Below, one piece after another: positions 8,808 to 19,001 of a stretch of DNA of 64,000 nucleotides. Below the pieces are notes generated by a model. The model was given only the letters and a program-made list of their open reading frames with translations. It was not told the DNA's origin and made no database searches. This DNA comes from a virus, in IMG/VR virus record IMGVR_UViG_3300042387_001967; one strand, given 5' to 3'. Every line of letters starts with the position of its first letter. Position 1 is the stretch's first letter. The position numbers and the translations under genes were made by a program.

Positions 8808-11800
8808 TCAGGAGGGTAGATGGAGTTCAGGAAGTTTTCGTTGGCGTTAAACTGAGCCACGCTGCGCTCGGGCATGTTCATCCCGGCGAATCCGCGGCGA
8901 ACGCCTGTCAGCTTCAATGTCACTTTGCTGGGTAACTTTTTGTGCCACGGCTTCCACCAGCACGCAGTCGGCTCCGCCTCAATCACCAGATAAGCTCCTT
9001 CGATTCTCGCAGACATGTTCGCCGGGACATCAGGATTGGGCTGTCCAGCGACTACGAGGCTGTTCGGCTCGCACACGAAACGATACCGGTGGTCCAGTTC
9101 GTATCTCGTGCGGCGACCAGTCAGGGGGATGTCCCGCAGCACGAACTCGAAGAGCACCTCGTTACTCTCCATGGTGAACAGCGCACCAAACTTCTTGGCG
9201 TGCCACGGCATCGGCACGATGGCGGTGGATTTGTCCGAGCCGCTGCCGCCAGTGCTGCCACCACCACCAGAGCCGCTGCCGCTGCCGCCAGTGCTGCCAC
9301 CACCACCAGAGCCGACGCCGCTCCCTCCGCCGCTACCAGAGTCGCCGCCGCCGGAGTCGCTGCCAGAGTCGCCGCCGCCGGAGTCGCTGCCAGAGTCGCC
9401 GCTGCCCACGCCGCTACCAGAGTCGCCGCTGCCGGAGTCGCTACCAGAGTCGCCGCTGCCGGAGTCGCTGCTGCTGCCATCAGGGCAGCATGTGTCGTGC
9501 AGGATGATCGGACCAGAGTGAGCCTGGCTTGTGATGCTGCGCCATTTTCCAGCGCCCATGTCCGTGACATGATACGACCCGATGTAATACACCTCTGCCA
9601 CGCCGGTTTGCCGCAGCGTTCCCACGAAATCAGTGCCCTTTTCGATGCCGAGGCGTCCCTTCTGGTTGGCGCCGCGAATGCTCTCGTAAGTCACGCCGGG
9701 ATCTGCGGAGACGGTCAGGATCAATTTCTTCGCGCCGGACCCGCCTGAGCCGCTGGTAAACGATCCGTCGGGAGTGCACACCGCGTAAACGACGACGTGG
9801 CCACCGCCGGCCGCAATCGCCCGGTCCGTGACTTTCGCCGGTGTGATGCCATCGGGATCGTAGAGCGTGGCCTGGCTGAGCCCCAGCGGATGACACTCCG
9901 TCTCCGACTTGCCGACGACAGCCATCGCTGGCCCCGGCAACGAGAGGAGGTTGTCCGTGAACGTCAGCATGAAGTTGTGCGTGTCGCGGCATTCCAGCAG
10001 CGTCAGCAGCATCGTCTCCAGCGTCTGATCGGCATCCCCAGTCGTCGCACCTTCCGTGATGACATCCAGAGCGGCGCTGCCTCCCCACGGTTTCTGGTTG
10101 GGCTGCGCGCAGGTTACGATGTGACGCGGCCACGCGATGTGTGTGCAGTCCAGCTGGCCTACCGCGGCGTTCCTGGCCTGCTCCGCCAGTCCGTGCGGAT
10201 CGAAGGATTCCGCGACTCCCTCCGCGCAGTGATAGAATCCCCACGGGTCAGGCGCAGCCACAGTGTCGCCCTCCGCCGCTTTGTGGCAGGCCTTCACTGT
10301 CCCAGGCAGCCAGAGCGTGTCCGGATCTTCCTGGACGCCGTCCGAAGCGGGTTCCGCCCACTGCTGCCCCCACTTCAACAGTCCGCCGTATTTGAACCTG
10401 GCGGGCATGCCTGGGCCGTGCCCGTCGTTCGGACCTGGATGCACGATGGCCGCAGCTGTGCCCATGTCTCCGTCAGGGTCGATCACGTTGTCACCGAGCA
10501 CCGTCAGCTCGCAGTCATCAAACTGATCCGGCGAGAACACGATGGTGCCGCCTGACAGCGCGCACGCGTCGATGGACCGCGTGCTCAATTCGAGGAACCA
10601 CTGATCCATGAACAGTTCGTGCTGCGTCTGATTCGATTGCGTGCCGGCCAGATAAGAGGCGGTCGTGGAAGCGAAGTTCGGCGCCTCGTTGATCAGGTTC
10701 GGACGATCATCCGGACGCGGCTCGCAGCAGGCCATCTTGCACGCGACGAACATGCACGACAGCGCGGACTGACACAGCGTTGCGAGATCCGGCCACTGAA
10801 AATCTCCCTCGTAACCGTTCGCGACGTTCGGATACTCCAGGCTGCTGATGAGTCCGCGCGGAAGCACGTTCGTGTGGACGGACCGCGTCAGGTCCAGCTT
10901 GACGGCCAGCGGACTTCCGCCAGGCGCATCCAGAATCGACTGCGCGTCATCGGGGTCCGTTTGGTATTTGCCGGAGATGTCGACATCCGACACGGCGCCG
11001 CCCTGCTGGGACAGCAGCCCGTAAGTCTGCTCGGCGTCGCCCTGTTCATCCACGGAGCACGCGCACTGGTGCTTCGGCGAAATCCAGCTGCACGCCAGAA
11101 AACCAGCGCCATGCAGCGCGGCCTGCGCGTCGGCCTCCGCCTCGGTGCTGCCTACGAAAAGACCAGGCCAAACCCACACCTCGAACGCGGGGTTCACGTC
11201 GAGCGATTCCGTCGCATCCCCCAGATCCTGCAATCCTTTGTTGCAGCGCTCGTAGGCCGGCCCGCCGAAGTCGACCGGGTCTCCGCCGCGCAGCTCCTCA
11301 TACATCGCCTGCCTTCCGTCTTCGTCGTTCTCGCGCTCGGGTATCACTGCAGCGGCACGCAGCGCCACGGCCGCGTTGCCGTAAGTCTCCGTCATGCACG
11401 AGATGACCCGCGGACGGTTCGGAAAAAAGCAGTCGAGTCGCGCCGCGGCCAAGTTGTAGGCGATGGCATTCGCTTCGTCCTGCGTGCGCGCCGCGGCGGT
11501 CGGCGTGTTCGCCGGCGTGACGGCGGTCGTGCGCAGGACGCGCAGCAGGTTACTCCCGACCTGAGACCGCAATTTGAACTCCTGCCCGTTCAGGTCGTTC
11601 AACGCGATCGATACCAAGTCGAACTCGAACGACTGCCACGCGTCCGGACTGTTCTCGCCACCCGCGGTGCCGATGGCCCCGGCCAGCGTCTGCATGTCGC
11701 TCGTTGTTGGATCGATGTTCGGAAGTGGCCACTCGGTCGGCCAGTCGATCAGCGTCGTCTCGTCGAGTATCTCCTCGGTGCCGCAGGTCGCCGTCTGCTC

Positions 11801-12637
11801 CGTGTTGCCGACCAGACATTGCAGATCAAAGGCAGCGTAAATGGCAGCCAGATTGTCCGCGTCTACCTGGCTGACCGTGGACTGATGCACTCCCGCAGCC
11901 ACATACTCAAACTCATCGCCCGGCTCGGCGTAGAGAATCGCGTAGCCGGGATCCTCGGTGTCGCACACGACCCACATCTCACGGTTCCTCCATCCGCACA
12001 CGATGCTTGCTTCAGCAGTCGCCTGGGCGATGTCGTCAGCCACGCCTTGCGCAATTACCAGCGCCTCCCGGATTTTCGTGGCGAGCAGCAGCGGCACTCC
12101 GACGAGGGCGACCAGTCCGTCGTCGAAATCCCCGAGGGTCGCGCCGCCGGTGCCGTTGATCGAGTCGATCAGATTTGCCGTCACGTAGGCCTGCAGAGCC
12201 TCGCTGTATGTTGCCAGCCGGAACAATTCGGACTGCGCGATCGCAGGCACGAGATCGTCGGGCGGCGGCAGCATGATGTCATCCAGGAACACCTCCTGAA
12301 CCGCAGCGCCGGCGTCCACGACAAACGGATACGCGGCCCCGCTCAGCTCGACCTGTCCCTCTGCGCACAGCGCTGTGGCTTCCTGGCTGTAGATAATAAT
12401 CGCATCCGGCAGCAGATCAGGATCTGCAGGCACAGCAGGCGGCAGGTTCGGCGGGCTGAATACAGCCTTCGGCGTCGCCTCCGGCTCGTCGCACTTGCCG
12501 GCTGGCGCCGCCGGAGTCGTGTCCGGGGTGAGTGTGACGACGTCCGCTGCGCAAGGCGTCGCGCCGCGGACCCGTGCCCGCTCTGCGAACAGACGGGCGG
12601 CGCTCGATGCTGAAGTGTCCTCGGGTTCCAGTGGCAT
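8804..12637 (-). CDS. Large Cys-rich tail-tip / fibre protein with degenerate repeats
   Basis: 1277 aa, about 30 Cys. Repeated 'SQxDADxxA...LxC...N...C' units and a Ser/Gly/Asp linker near the C-terminus. Lies downstream of the hub genes. Confidence 0.55.
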   Translation of the reverse strand: MPLEPEDTSASSAARLFAERARVRGATPCAADVVTLTPDTTPAAPAGKCDEPEATPKAVFSPPNLPPAVPADPDLLPDAIIIYSQEATALCAEGQVELSGAAYPFVVDAGAAVQEVFLDDIMLPPPDDLVPAIAQSELFRLATYSEALQAYVTANLIDSINGTGGATLGDFDDGLVALVGVPLLLATKIREALVIAQGVADDIAQATAEASIVCGWRNREMWVVCDTEDPGYAILYAEPGDEFEYVAAGVHQSTVSQVDADNLAAIYAAFDLQCLVGNTEQTATCGTEEILDETTLIDWPTEWPLPNIDPTTSDMQTLAGAIGTAGGENSPDAWQSFEFDLVSIALNDLNGQEFKLRSQVGSNLLRVLRTTAVTPANTPTAAARTQDEANAIAYNLAAARLDCFFPNRPRVISCMTETYGNAAVALRAAAVIPERENDEDGRQAMYEELRGGDPVDFGGPAYERCNKGLQDLGDATESLDVNPAFEVWVWPGLFVGSTEAEADAQAALHGAGFLACSWISPKHQCACSVDEQGDAEQTYGLLSQQGGAVSDVDISGKYQTDPDDAQSILDAPGGSPLAVKLDLTRSVHTNVLPRGLISSLEYPNVANGYEGDFQWPDLATLCQSALSCMFVACKMACCEPRPDDRPNLINEAPNFASTTASYLAGTQSNQTQHELFMDQWFLELSTRSIDACALSGGTIVFSPDQFDDCELTVLGDNVIDPDGDMGTAAAIVHPGPNDGHGPGMPARFKYGGLLKWGQQWAEPASDGVQEDPDTLWLPGTVKACHKAAEGDTVAAPDPWGFYHCAEGVAESFDPHGLAEQARNAAVGQLDCTHIAWPRHIVTCAQPNQKPWGGSAALDVITEGATTGDADQTLETMLLTLLECRDTHNFMLTFTDNLLSLPGPAMAVVGKSETECHPLGLSQATLYDPDGITPAKVTDRAIAAGGGHVVVYAVCTPDGSFTSGSGGSGAKKLILTVSADPGVTYESIRGANQKGRLGIEKGTDFVGTLRQTGVAEVYYIGSYHVTDMGAGKWRSITSQAHSGPIILHDTCCPDGSSSDSGSGDSGSDSGSGDSGSGVGSGDSGSDSGGGDSGSDSGGGDSGSGGGSGVGSGGGGSTGGSGSGSGGGGSTGGSGSDKSTAIVPMPWHAKKFGALFTMESNEVLFEFVLRDIPLTGRRTRYELDHRYRFVCEPNSLVVAGQPNPDVPANMSARIEGAYLVIEAEPTACWWKPWHKKLPSKVTLKLTGVRRGFAGMNMPERSVAQFNANENFLNSIYPPE
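9236..9480 (-). repeat. In-frame Ser-Gly-Asp low-complexity repeats (GSGDSGSDSG / GGGSTGGSGS)
   Basis: Imperfect tandem copies of gagtcgctgccagagtcgccg and ccgccagtgctgccaccaccaccagagcc within the CDS. Confidence 0.85.
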
Positions 12638-12638
12638 A

Positions 12639-14120
12639 TCAGCTGAACTTTGCGTGGCTCAGACGCACCTGCGTGAACGAGTTCATTTGCTTGCCGGCGC
12701 GCAAGTCCACGCTGTGCGTAAAGCCCTGCACGAACGCCGTGAATTCGGTTTTCTTTGCTCCCGGCTTTTCGTCGTCAGCTCCTCGAATTCGAAGTATCAC
12801 GCGCTTACCTAGATACTTGGTCAGGTTGAAATCCAGCGGAATCGTCATACCGACAGATGAGTGTGCAAGCTGCAGTTCCTTGAACATGAGCTCGCACATC
12901 TCAGTCATGACGCGAGACGACGCCGCATCGACTTTGTTCTTCTGCGCCGCGGCGGCGACCGCGGCCTTCGCGCGCTGTGCGAGGCTCAGATTCACCTTGG
13001 CGCCTGGATCTTTCTTGCCGTCCATTTCGCTACCGAAGATAGGGACGCCGCCGCCGCGCAACAACCAGAACGGAACTGCTTCGTGCTGGATGAAGCCCTG
13101 GAGAAGAGGATCAGGCGCAAAAGCGACCGCAGACGGAGTCCGGCCTCCTTTCTCTTTTCGCGCCCACTCCGGCGCCATGGCATACATGACCACCCCGCCA
13201 GGTTGGAGGATGCGTGCGCTGCCGTCCGACACGCTGAAACCCGACACGCTGACTTCCATGACGTCGGTCGTGTCAGCCACTTTTTTGTCCACGCGTTCGA
13301 AGTGCCCGAAGCCTGCGAACGACGGCACGTAATACATCTGAAAGCTGGACATGAGCGCGCGGACCTTGTTCCAGAACCCGGGCATGAGGGCGATCAGCAC
13401 GTCATGCACGCTCTTCGAGAGATGCTTGGCAATTTCGCCGTGCGCCTTGAAAGCGGCCTCCCAGCTCTGGAACTTGACGTCGCTGTCTGTGAGCATCTGC
13501 CGCCACATCCTGAGCGGTCCGTTCGTGTTGATGCTGTGCTGCCTGACGATCTGCTGCCTCTCCATCGCGCGATGCTGAATGCTGGCGATGGTCGCCGCGT
13601 AGTTCGAGACGAGAAGGTCCGTGATCGCCAGTATGGTCCCCGGCGCGTCCCCATTTCTCGCTGCCGGAACAGGCTTCAGCAATGGTCCGGATTCTACACG
13701 CGGAGCGCCCGGCGTCTGGGCGGCATACAGCCCGGTTCCGTAGATGCTCAGGTCCATGGCATCCAGCAGCGCCGCCTGTCCGACAGTCGCGAGCTTTTCA
13801 GACGTGCTGACTTTCGTCAGCTCCAAGATCGGGGACGAAATAAAGCCCGAGTAGTTGACGGAGCCGCCGATGCCGTCTTCGGCGAACACCTCGAAGTCCG
13901 GCGTGGTCCGACCAGCCAGACGTGCTGTCTGCAGCTTGCCGATGCGCGCGATGACCTCCGGCGCTATCGGCGTCTTGACGGATACCTTTCCGGAGGTCTC
14001 GGCGACGTTCGCGCTGACCATCGGAAAGCTGTTCACGTCGATCTCGAAAAGTAGTCCCTCGGGGGACACGTTGTCCCCGTTGATGCTTGCCGAAATTTTC
14101 GCCGTGGTCGCCTTAGACAT
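12639..14120 (-). CDS. Baseplate hub-like protein
   Basis: 493 aa with beta-rich termini, in the block after the tape measure. Function is inferred from synteny. Confidence 0.45.
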   Translation of the reverse strand: MSKATTAKISASINGDNVSPEGLLFEIDVNSFPMVSANVAETSGKVSVKTPIAPEVIARIGKLQTARLAGRTTPDFEVFAEDGIGGSVNYSGFISSPILELTKVSTSEKLATVGQAALLDAMDLSIYGTGLYAAQTPGAPRVESGPLLKPVPAARNGDAPGTILAITDLLVSNYAATIASIQHRAMERQQIVRQHSINTNGPLRMWRQMLTDSDVKFQSWEAAFKAHGEIAKHLSKSVHDVLIALMPGFWNKVRALMSSFQMYYVPSFAGFGHFERVDKKVADTTDVMEVSVSGFSVSDGSARILQPGGVVMYAMAPEWARKEKGGRTPSAVAFAPDPLLQGFIQHEAVPFWLLRGGGVPIFGSEMDGKKDPGAKVNLSLAQRAKAAVAAAAQKNKVDAASSRVMTEMCELMFKELQLAHSSVGMTIPLDFNLTKYLGKRVILRIRGADDEKPGAKKTEFTAFVQGFTHSVDLRAGKQMNSFTQVRLSHAKFS

Positions 14121-15018
14121 GGAATCCGATGGGTGAATCAGGATCGACTGGCGCCTCGGTCATCCCGACGAGCCCCGGAGCGATCGTGTAGAACGTGTCC
14201 AACGGCTCGCGCGCGTCGACGCTGTCGTTCGCAGACACGCTGTATCCCGCCTGTTCTTCGGCAGTCCACTTGAGCATCCGGCGGATAATCGCCAGGCCAG
14301 CCATCCCTACCCTCATGGCTGGATTTGCAGGCGAAGATTCAAAAGCGGCCAGCGTGCCTTCGCTGTTCATCAGCAACACCATGGCGCGGTCCTTGCGAAG
14401 TCGCTCCGCGGTGTCGACAAACGGATAGCGGGTCGGCGCCAGGCTCACCGACACGGAGTCGTCCGATGTCCACTGCGTCACCTGGAAGTCTGCGAAAATT
14501 CCGTATAGCGGCGCGGCGGCGACGCTCAAGCGGAAGTCGCCGCCGTCCAAGCTGGTCAGCGTCGCCGAAGATGTCGCACGGATGCCGTTGCTGGTCTGGA
14601 TATCCACAGCAGTGTCTGACGTCCGGGTGATGGAGAGGCTGTTGAATCCGCGCGCGCCGGCGACCGAGCCGTCGACGTAGCCATCCGCGCGGTCCGAACG
14701 TCCGAGCATCGGGGCCGAGGTAACGATCTTGCGCAGCGCGAGCAGTCCCGGCACGAATACCGCGGCGACGTCGCGCGGCATCTCGCGCAGCATGGCCTTG
14801 GACATCAGCGACGCGGCGTAAACCGACAGCGCGTTGAAGTCGTCACCCAGCGTGTCCAGCTTCAGGAAGCGGCGCGCGTAGGTCACCTCAGCCGGCGTCG
14901 AGTTCACGACGTAGTTGATCGACGTGTTCAGCGCCGAATTGGCAAAGCCGGTCGAGCGTCCGGTGAGCAACCACAGGAAAAAATTGGAACGAATGTTGAT
15001 GTTGGGTAGCGCGCTCAT
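14113..15018 (-). CDS. Baseplate / tail structural protein
   Basis: 301 aa, overlap-coupled to both neighbours. Confidence 0.45.
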   Translation of the reverse strand: MSALPNINIRSNFFLWLLTGRSTGFANSALNTSINYVVNSTPAEVTYARRFLKLDTLGDDFNALSVYAASLMSKAMLREMPRDVAAVFVPGLLALRKIVTSAPMLGRSDRADGYVDGSVAGARGFNSLSITRTSDTAVDIQTSNGIRATSSATLTSLDGGDFRLSVAAAPLYGIFADFQVTQWTSDDSVSVSLAPTRYPFVDTAERLRKDRAMVLLMNSEGTLAAFESSPANPAMRVGMAGLAIIRRMLKWTAEEQAGYSVSANDSVDAREPLDTFYTIAPGLVGMTEAPVDPDSPIGFHV

Positions 15019-15548
15019 GCGACGTCGGCGGTGACCATCTGGATGGAAAACATCTGAGTGTTGACCCTTGGTTCGGCCGTCTCCAGACGCAGACCGACTA
15101 CATAGGCGTCGATGGCCGAGGTTCCAAGCGAAACTCTCACCGGCCCCCGCTTCTTGCTGACTCGATTCTTATCATACCACTGCAGCAGTTTCGTCAGCTG
15201 CAGGCCGCGGGTGCTGGTGTTACCGAGCAGCAGGATACCAGCCACGGAAACGTCGTTCCAGGCCGTCCCGAAGAGATAGAGCACGCGCTTGTCGTCCAGC
15301 GTGGTCGTCGGCTGCACGATCTCCACGAAGTTCAGCGGTACTCCCAGCACCAGAGCCCTGGAACCGGGGGCGTCGTCGATCTTCGGGTCCAGCCTGTAGA
15401 ACCCGTTGGACGGTCCATCGAACGCGTGGACCCACCCCTTGCAGTCTGCCAGCGTCGTCGAGGATGAACCTCCCGTGAACGCGTTCCCGGTGAGCAACGA
15501 CGCGCCTTGCAGACTTCCGATTTGAAGAGATCCGGTGAGTAGTGCCAT
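15015..15548 (-). CDS. Tube-initiator / baseplate hub protein (tube-fold)
   Basis: 177 aa directly after the tape measure. 'VQPTTTLDDKRVLYLFGTAWNDVSVAG' resembles tube-fold proteins. Confidence 0.5.
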   Translation of the reverse strand: MALLTGSLQIGSLQGASLLTGNAFTGGSSSTTLADCKGWVHAFDGPSNGFYRLDPKIDDAPGSRALVLGVPLNFVEIVQPTTTLDDKRVLYLFGTAWNDVSVAGILLLGNTSTRGLQLTKLLQWYDKNRVSKKRGPVRVSLGTSAIDAYVVGLRLETAEPRVNTQMFSIQMVTADVA

Positions 15549-15552
15549 GATT

Positions 15553-18500
15553 TTATTTGGGACTTTTTTCGACGTTGCCGGTTACCAAGATGTTGCCGTT
15601 TACGACAATCTGCGTCGTGGTTGTGCCGCCGTTTTCCTCGACAGCCTGATTCATGAATTTGCGCTTGGCAGCCTCCAGCTGCCTTTTTGCGTCAGCGATG
15701 AGCACGTCGTGAGGCTTACCTTTATCATCCTTGAGATCGAAGGTCGTCTTCCCGGCATCTTCTGCCTTCTGGAGTTGCTTCAGCTGCGCGTCGATCTTGT
15801 TGACCATCTCCCCGCCCTCGTTCAGATGTCCAAGTGCTTTCATTTCATCTTTGGTGGCCATACCGATCCGCTTGGTCATCGTCATCATATTGTGGAGTCC
15901 GCCGCCTTCAAACTCGGCCTTCTTCCCGCTGAACCACCCGCCCGGTTTGAAGTTGACCGCCTCAAACGCTGACAAATTCGGCGCTTCGCCTTTCGCGATT
16001 GATGTCATGAGGGAAGTCTGCAAGTCGTCGTCCAGACCCATGGCCTGAGCGAGCATTTTTGCGGCGCCCTGACGCTGCCCAATCTTGTTGAGCTCTGCGG
16101 CGCCGGACTCCTTGGCAGAATCCGTTATGGCTGTCATTCCGCCCCTGCCGTCCGCGTCGAGCCCCAGCGTAGGATCACCAGTCAGATTCATCCCCAGGTA
16201 TTTTTTGTCTGTCTGCATCAGCTTGATGGCGTCGGCCCGCAGATTCTTATCCGTCACGGTGGCAGCCATCAGATCCTTCATATTCTCAAACCCCATCGCC
16301 TTGGAAATATCGATCTCCTTGCCGTGCACCTTGGACAGCTGCGCCATTCCTTTTTCGGTCAGTCCATTGCTGAAATCAATGCCGGTCTCGTATTGCGAAT
16401 CCGCAGCGACGAGCTTGCCGTCCTTGTCCAGCACTTGCGGCATCTTTATGCCTTCTTTTTTCATGGCTTCGAGCATCAGCACCATCGATTCGGGATCGCT
16501 GACGCCGCCCTTCATGCCCCCAGTCGCAAGCGCCGTCGCGATGCTGTTGAACGAGATGCCGCCATCTGCAGCAGAGAGCCGCCGACGGGAGGACGCCGCT
16601 CCAAGCATTTCGAGTCTGTTCTGTCCCGACTCGGCCTGCTCAAATACGGACATGCCGGGCTCGTAGTTGGCGTCGTTCAGCATGCTCACGGCCTGGCCGA
16701 ATGCCTTCTCGTCCTTCACCTGCCCGTTCTTGTCGAAGAACTGGCTCATGAACTTATCCGCCGCGGCGCCAGTCACGCCGGCCTTCTTCAGGACGTCGCG
16801 CTGCATACTCGCACGGTCCGCCCCGGTGATCAGATCCGTTTTGGACGGCTTTCCGTCCGGGCCGATTCTGGCGGTCTGCTTGGACAGGTTCAGCATCTGC
16901 CCCAACCCGCCGGTCCCCAGGTTCTTCAACATGGTCTCGCTGACGGCGTCCGCGTCTTTTACTCCGCTGCCCTCCAGGTAATTGGTCAGCATATCTGTGT
17001 CGATGGCATCCAACCGTTCCGCGGCTGCCTGTTTTTCCATGGCGCGAGCTTTCGCAGGGTCCTTGTATGCCTTCGCCAGCATGCGTTTCCCGGTGAGCGA
17101 GGATGTCAGCTCATCGAAGCCCGCTTCATTCCCGGGACGTCCGGCGGCTGATGCCAGCAGGCTTCGCATCTGCTGCTCCAGATTGTAGCGCGTCCCTGGG
17201 TCCTTTTCGCTGTCGAATTGCTGCAGCAGATCCTCGGCGTCCTTGCGTCTCGCTCCAGACAGATTGTCCATCCCGCCCCTGGCCATAGTCATCCCCTGAT
17301 ACTTGTCCAGGTATTGCAAGCGGCCCTCCTTCTTGTCTTCGTAAATTTCCTCGAAGGTCTGCGAGTCGGCCATATCCACGCCGAGCGATCTGCCCAGCAT
17401 CACAGCACGGTTGGACTGCTGGTAGGCGATGGCCGAGTCGCCCATGATCTGGTTGTGGATGTTCGCGTTTATTCCGGTGACCAACGAGCTGTGCCGCCCG
17501 TCCGCTCCGATGACGCCAGCCACTTGCCCGCGCATGGACGCCTGCATGTCGCTAGACCAGTCCATGAACGCACGAGGATCCATGCCGCTGATCACTGCTG
17601 CGCCGCGCAGTTGCGCCACCTGGGCGGATGCTTGCGCCGCCTGCTCTCGGTTGGTAATTTTCATGCCGGAGATGGACTCCAACTTCTGCTGCAGCTCCGG
17701 CGCCGACATCTCCTGGTAGACGTCCGCGAGTCCCGCCAGTCCGGCAGTGATGTCCTTCACGACTTGTCCGACGCGTCTGACCTCGTCCTTGTTCCCGATG
17801 AGCGCGTCGGGCGACTTGATCACCGCCTTGACTTCTTTCTGCAGCTTTTTGTCCCCTGTGGCGTCTGCCATCGCCTGCAGTTCTTCGGCCTGCTTTTCCG
17901 GTGAGAGGTCCTTGTTGACGCTGAGCTTGGCCAGCCCAGCCCGCAGGTCGGGACTCACGGCGTTGTCGGCCGCGGCAGACAACCGGGTCTGCAGGTCGGC
18001 GTTCTGCTGCAGGTGCGCGACGTGTCCGATGCCGCCGCGCTGTGCGAGCGTCTTGAACACGCCGGAAACTTCCTGCGAGTTGAAGCCGTGCATGCGGCTG
18101 GTGTCCCCGGTGCCGCCATACATGTCGCTCATGATCTTCTTCATGAACGTCGCCGAGACATGCTCAGCGACGGCCCCGGAACCGCCTACGCGCCCGATCC
18201 CGTATTCTCTGCCCCCGGATCGTCCGGTGCCGCCGATCGACATACCAAAGCCGCCGCCAGCCACGCCTTGCGCAATGTTGGCCGCTGCGGTGATCGGATC
18301 CCCTTGGCCAATCATGCCGGTGGTGCGCATCAGCATGGCAGCATCCATCGCCATCTGCCCAGATGTGGACTGGAACATTGCGCGACGCACCTGGTCGGGG
18401 CCGGCGCCGGACATGCCATGCTGGAGGCGCACGATCCTCTCGGCTGCGGCCAGCGCGACTGGGTCGGTGAGCGCCGCGGCGCGCGCCATCTGCGCGGTCA

Positions 18501-18609
18501 TGTGCAGGTTGCGCTGCCGCTGCTGATGCTCCGCGGCCGTCGGCGCTCCGCCGGTGCCGGTAGGTCCGTAACCAGTCCAGTCTATTGGGTTGCGGTCGTA
18601 AGGGTTCAA
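15553..18609 (-). CDS. Tape measure protein
   Basis: 1018 aa, Ala/Gly/Met/Lys-rich and helical. Lies downstream of tube and chaperone genes. Confidence 0.72.
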   Translation of the reverse strand: MNPYDRNPIDWTGYGPTGTGGAPTAAEHQQRQRNLHMTAQMARAAALTDPVALAAAERIVRLQHGMSGAGPDQVRRAMFQSTSGQMAMDAAMLMRTTGMIGQGDPITAAANIAQGVAGGGFGMSIGGTGRSGGREYGIGRVGGSGAVAEHVSATFMKKIMSDMYGGTGDTSRMHGFNSQEVSGVFKTLAQRGGIGHVAHLQQNADLQTRLSAAADNAVSPDLRAGLAKLSVNKDLSPEKQAEELQAMADATGDKKLQKEVKAVIKSPDALIGNKDEVRRVGQVVKDITAGLAGLADVYQEMSAPELQQKLESISGMKITNREQAAQASAQVAQLRGAAVISGMDPRAFMDWSSDMQASMRGQVAGVIGADGRHSSLVTGINANIHNQIMGDSAIAYQQSNRAVMLGRSLGVDMADSQTFEEIYEDKKEGRLQYLDKYQGMTMARGGMDNLSGARRKDAEDLLQQFDSEKDPGTRYNLEQQMRSLLASAAGRPGNEAGFDELTSSLTGKRMLAKAYKDPAKARAMEKQAAAERLDAIDTDMLTNYLEGSGVKDADAVSETMLKNLGTGGLGQMLNLSKQTARIGPDGKPSKTDLITGADRASMQRDVLKKAGVTGAAADKFMSQFFDKNGQVKDEKAFGQAVSMLNDANYEPGMSVFEQAESGQNRLEMLGAASSRRRLSAADGGISFNSIATALATGGMKGGVSDPESMVLMLEAMKKEGIKMPQVLDKDGKLVAADSQYETGIDFSNGLTEKGMAQLSKVHGKEIDISKAMGFENMKDLMAATVTDKNLRADAIKLMQTDKKYLGMNLTGDPTLGLDADGRGGMTAITDSAKESGAAELNKIGQRQGAAKMLAQAMGLDDDLQTSLMTSIAKGEAPNLSAFEAVNFKPGGWFSGKKAEFEGGGLHNMMTMTKRIGMATKDEMKALGHLNEGGEMVNKIDAQLKQLQKAEDAGKTTFDLKDDKGKPHDVLIADAKRQLEAAKRKFMNQAVEENGGTTTTQIVVNGNILVTGNVEKSPK

Positions 18610-19001
18610 AATAGCGGTTTGGATTTCTCCTCGGTGTAGTGAGCGTCGAGCGCGGAGAAGATACCAGACTTCTCTGCAATTTGGTAGAGCTGATAAAGGG
18701 ACACCTCGTCTTTCGTGCTGCGCTTGAGTTTTCCGGCGATTTGATCAGCCACTTTGTAGATGTCGAACATCCGCAATTCGCTCGCGCGCACCAGCCGCGT
18801 GTTCGACTTGTTGATCGCATCGTTCAGCCCCTTCTGGTTGAGCACCGGGATCAGTGCCAGGTCCGCCGCGATGGACGCCTGCATGTTGCTGGCGATCATC
18901 TCGGACGTGAGCACCTCGATCACGATGTCTTCCGTGACGACGGAACGCTGACCGAATTTATGAGCAGGACGAAGAAGGCCGCGCAGATACGCGACTACCA
19001 T
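18606..19001 (-). CDS. Second tail assembly chaperone (T-like, -1 frame)
   Basis: 131 aa in the -1 frame relative to the upstream chaperone (TGATG overlap), directly before the tape measure. Confidence 0.55.
   Translation of the reverse strand: MVVAYLRGLLRPAHKFGQRSVVTEDIVIEVLTSEMIASNMQASIAADLALIPVLNQKGLNDAINKSNTRLVRASELRMFDIYKVADQIAGKLKRSTKDEVSLYQLYQIAEKSGIFSALDAHYTEEKSKPLF

Noticed and set aside
15553-18609. KxA-like strings in the tape measure (EKQAEE, EKQAAAE)
   Set aside because: They are expected by chance in an Ala/Lys-rich helical protein and were not counted as evidence for the cleavage motif.
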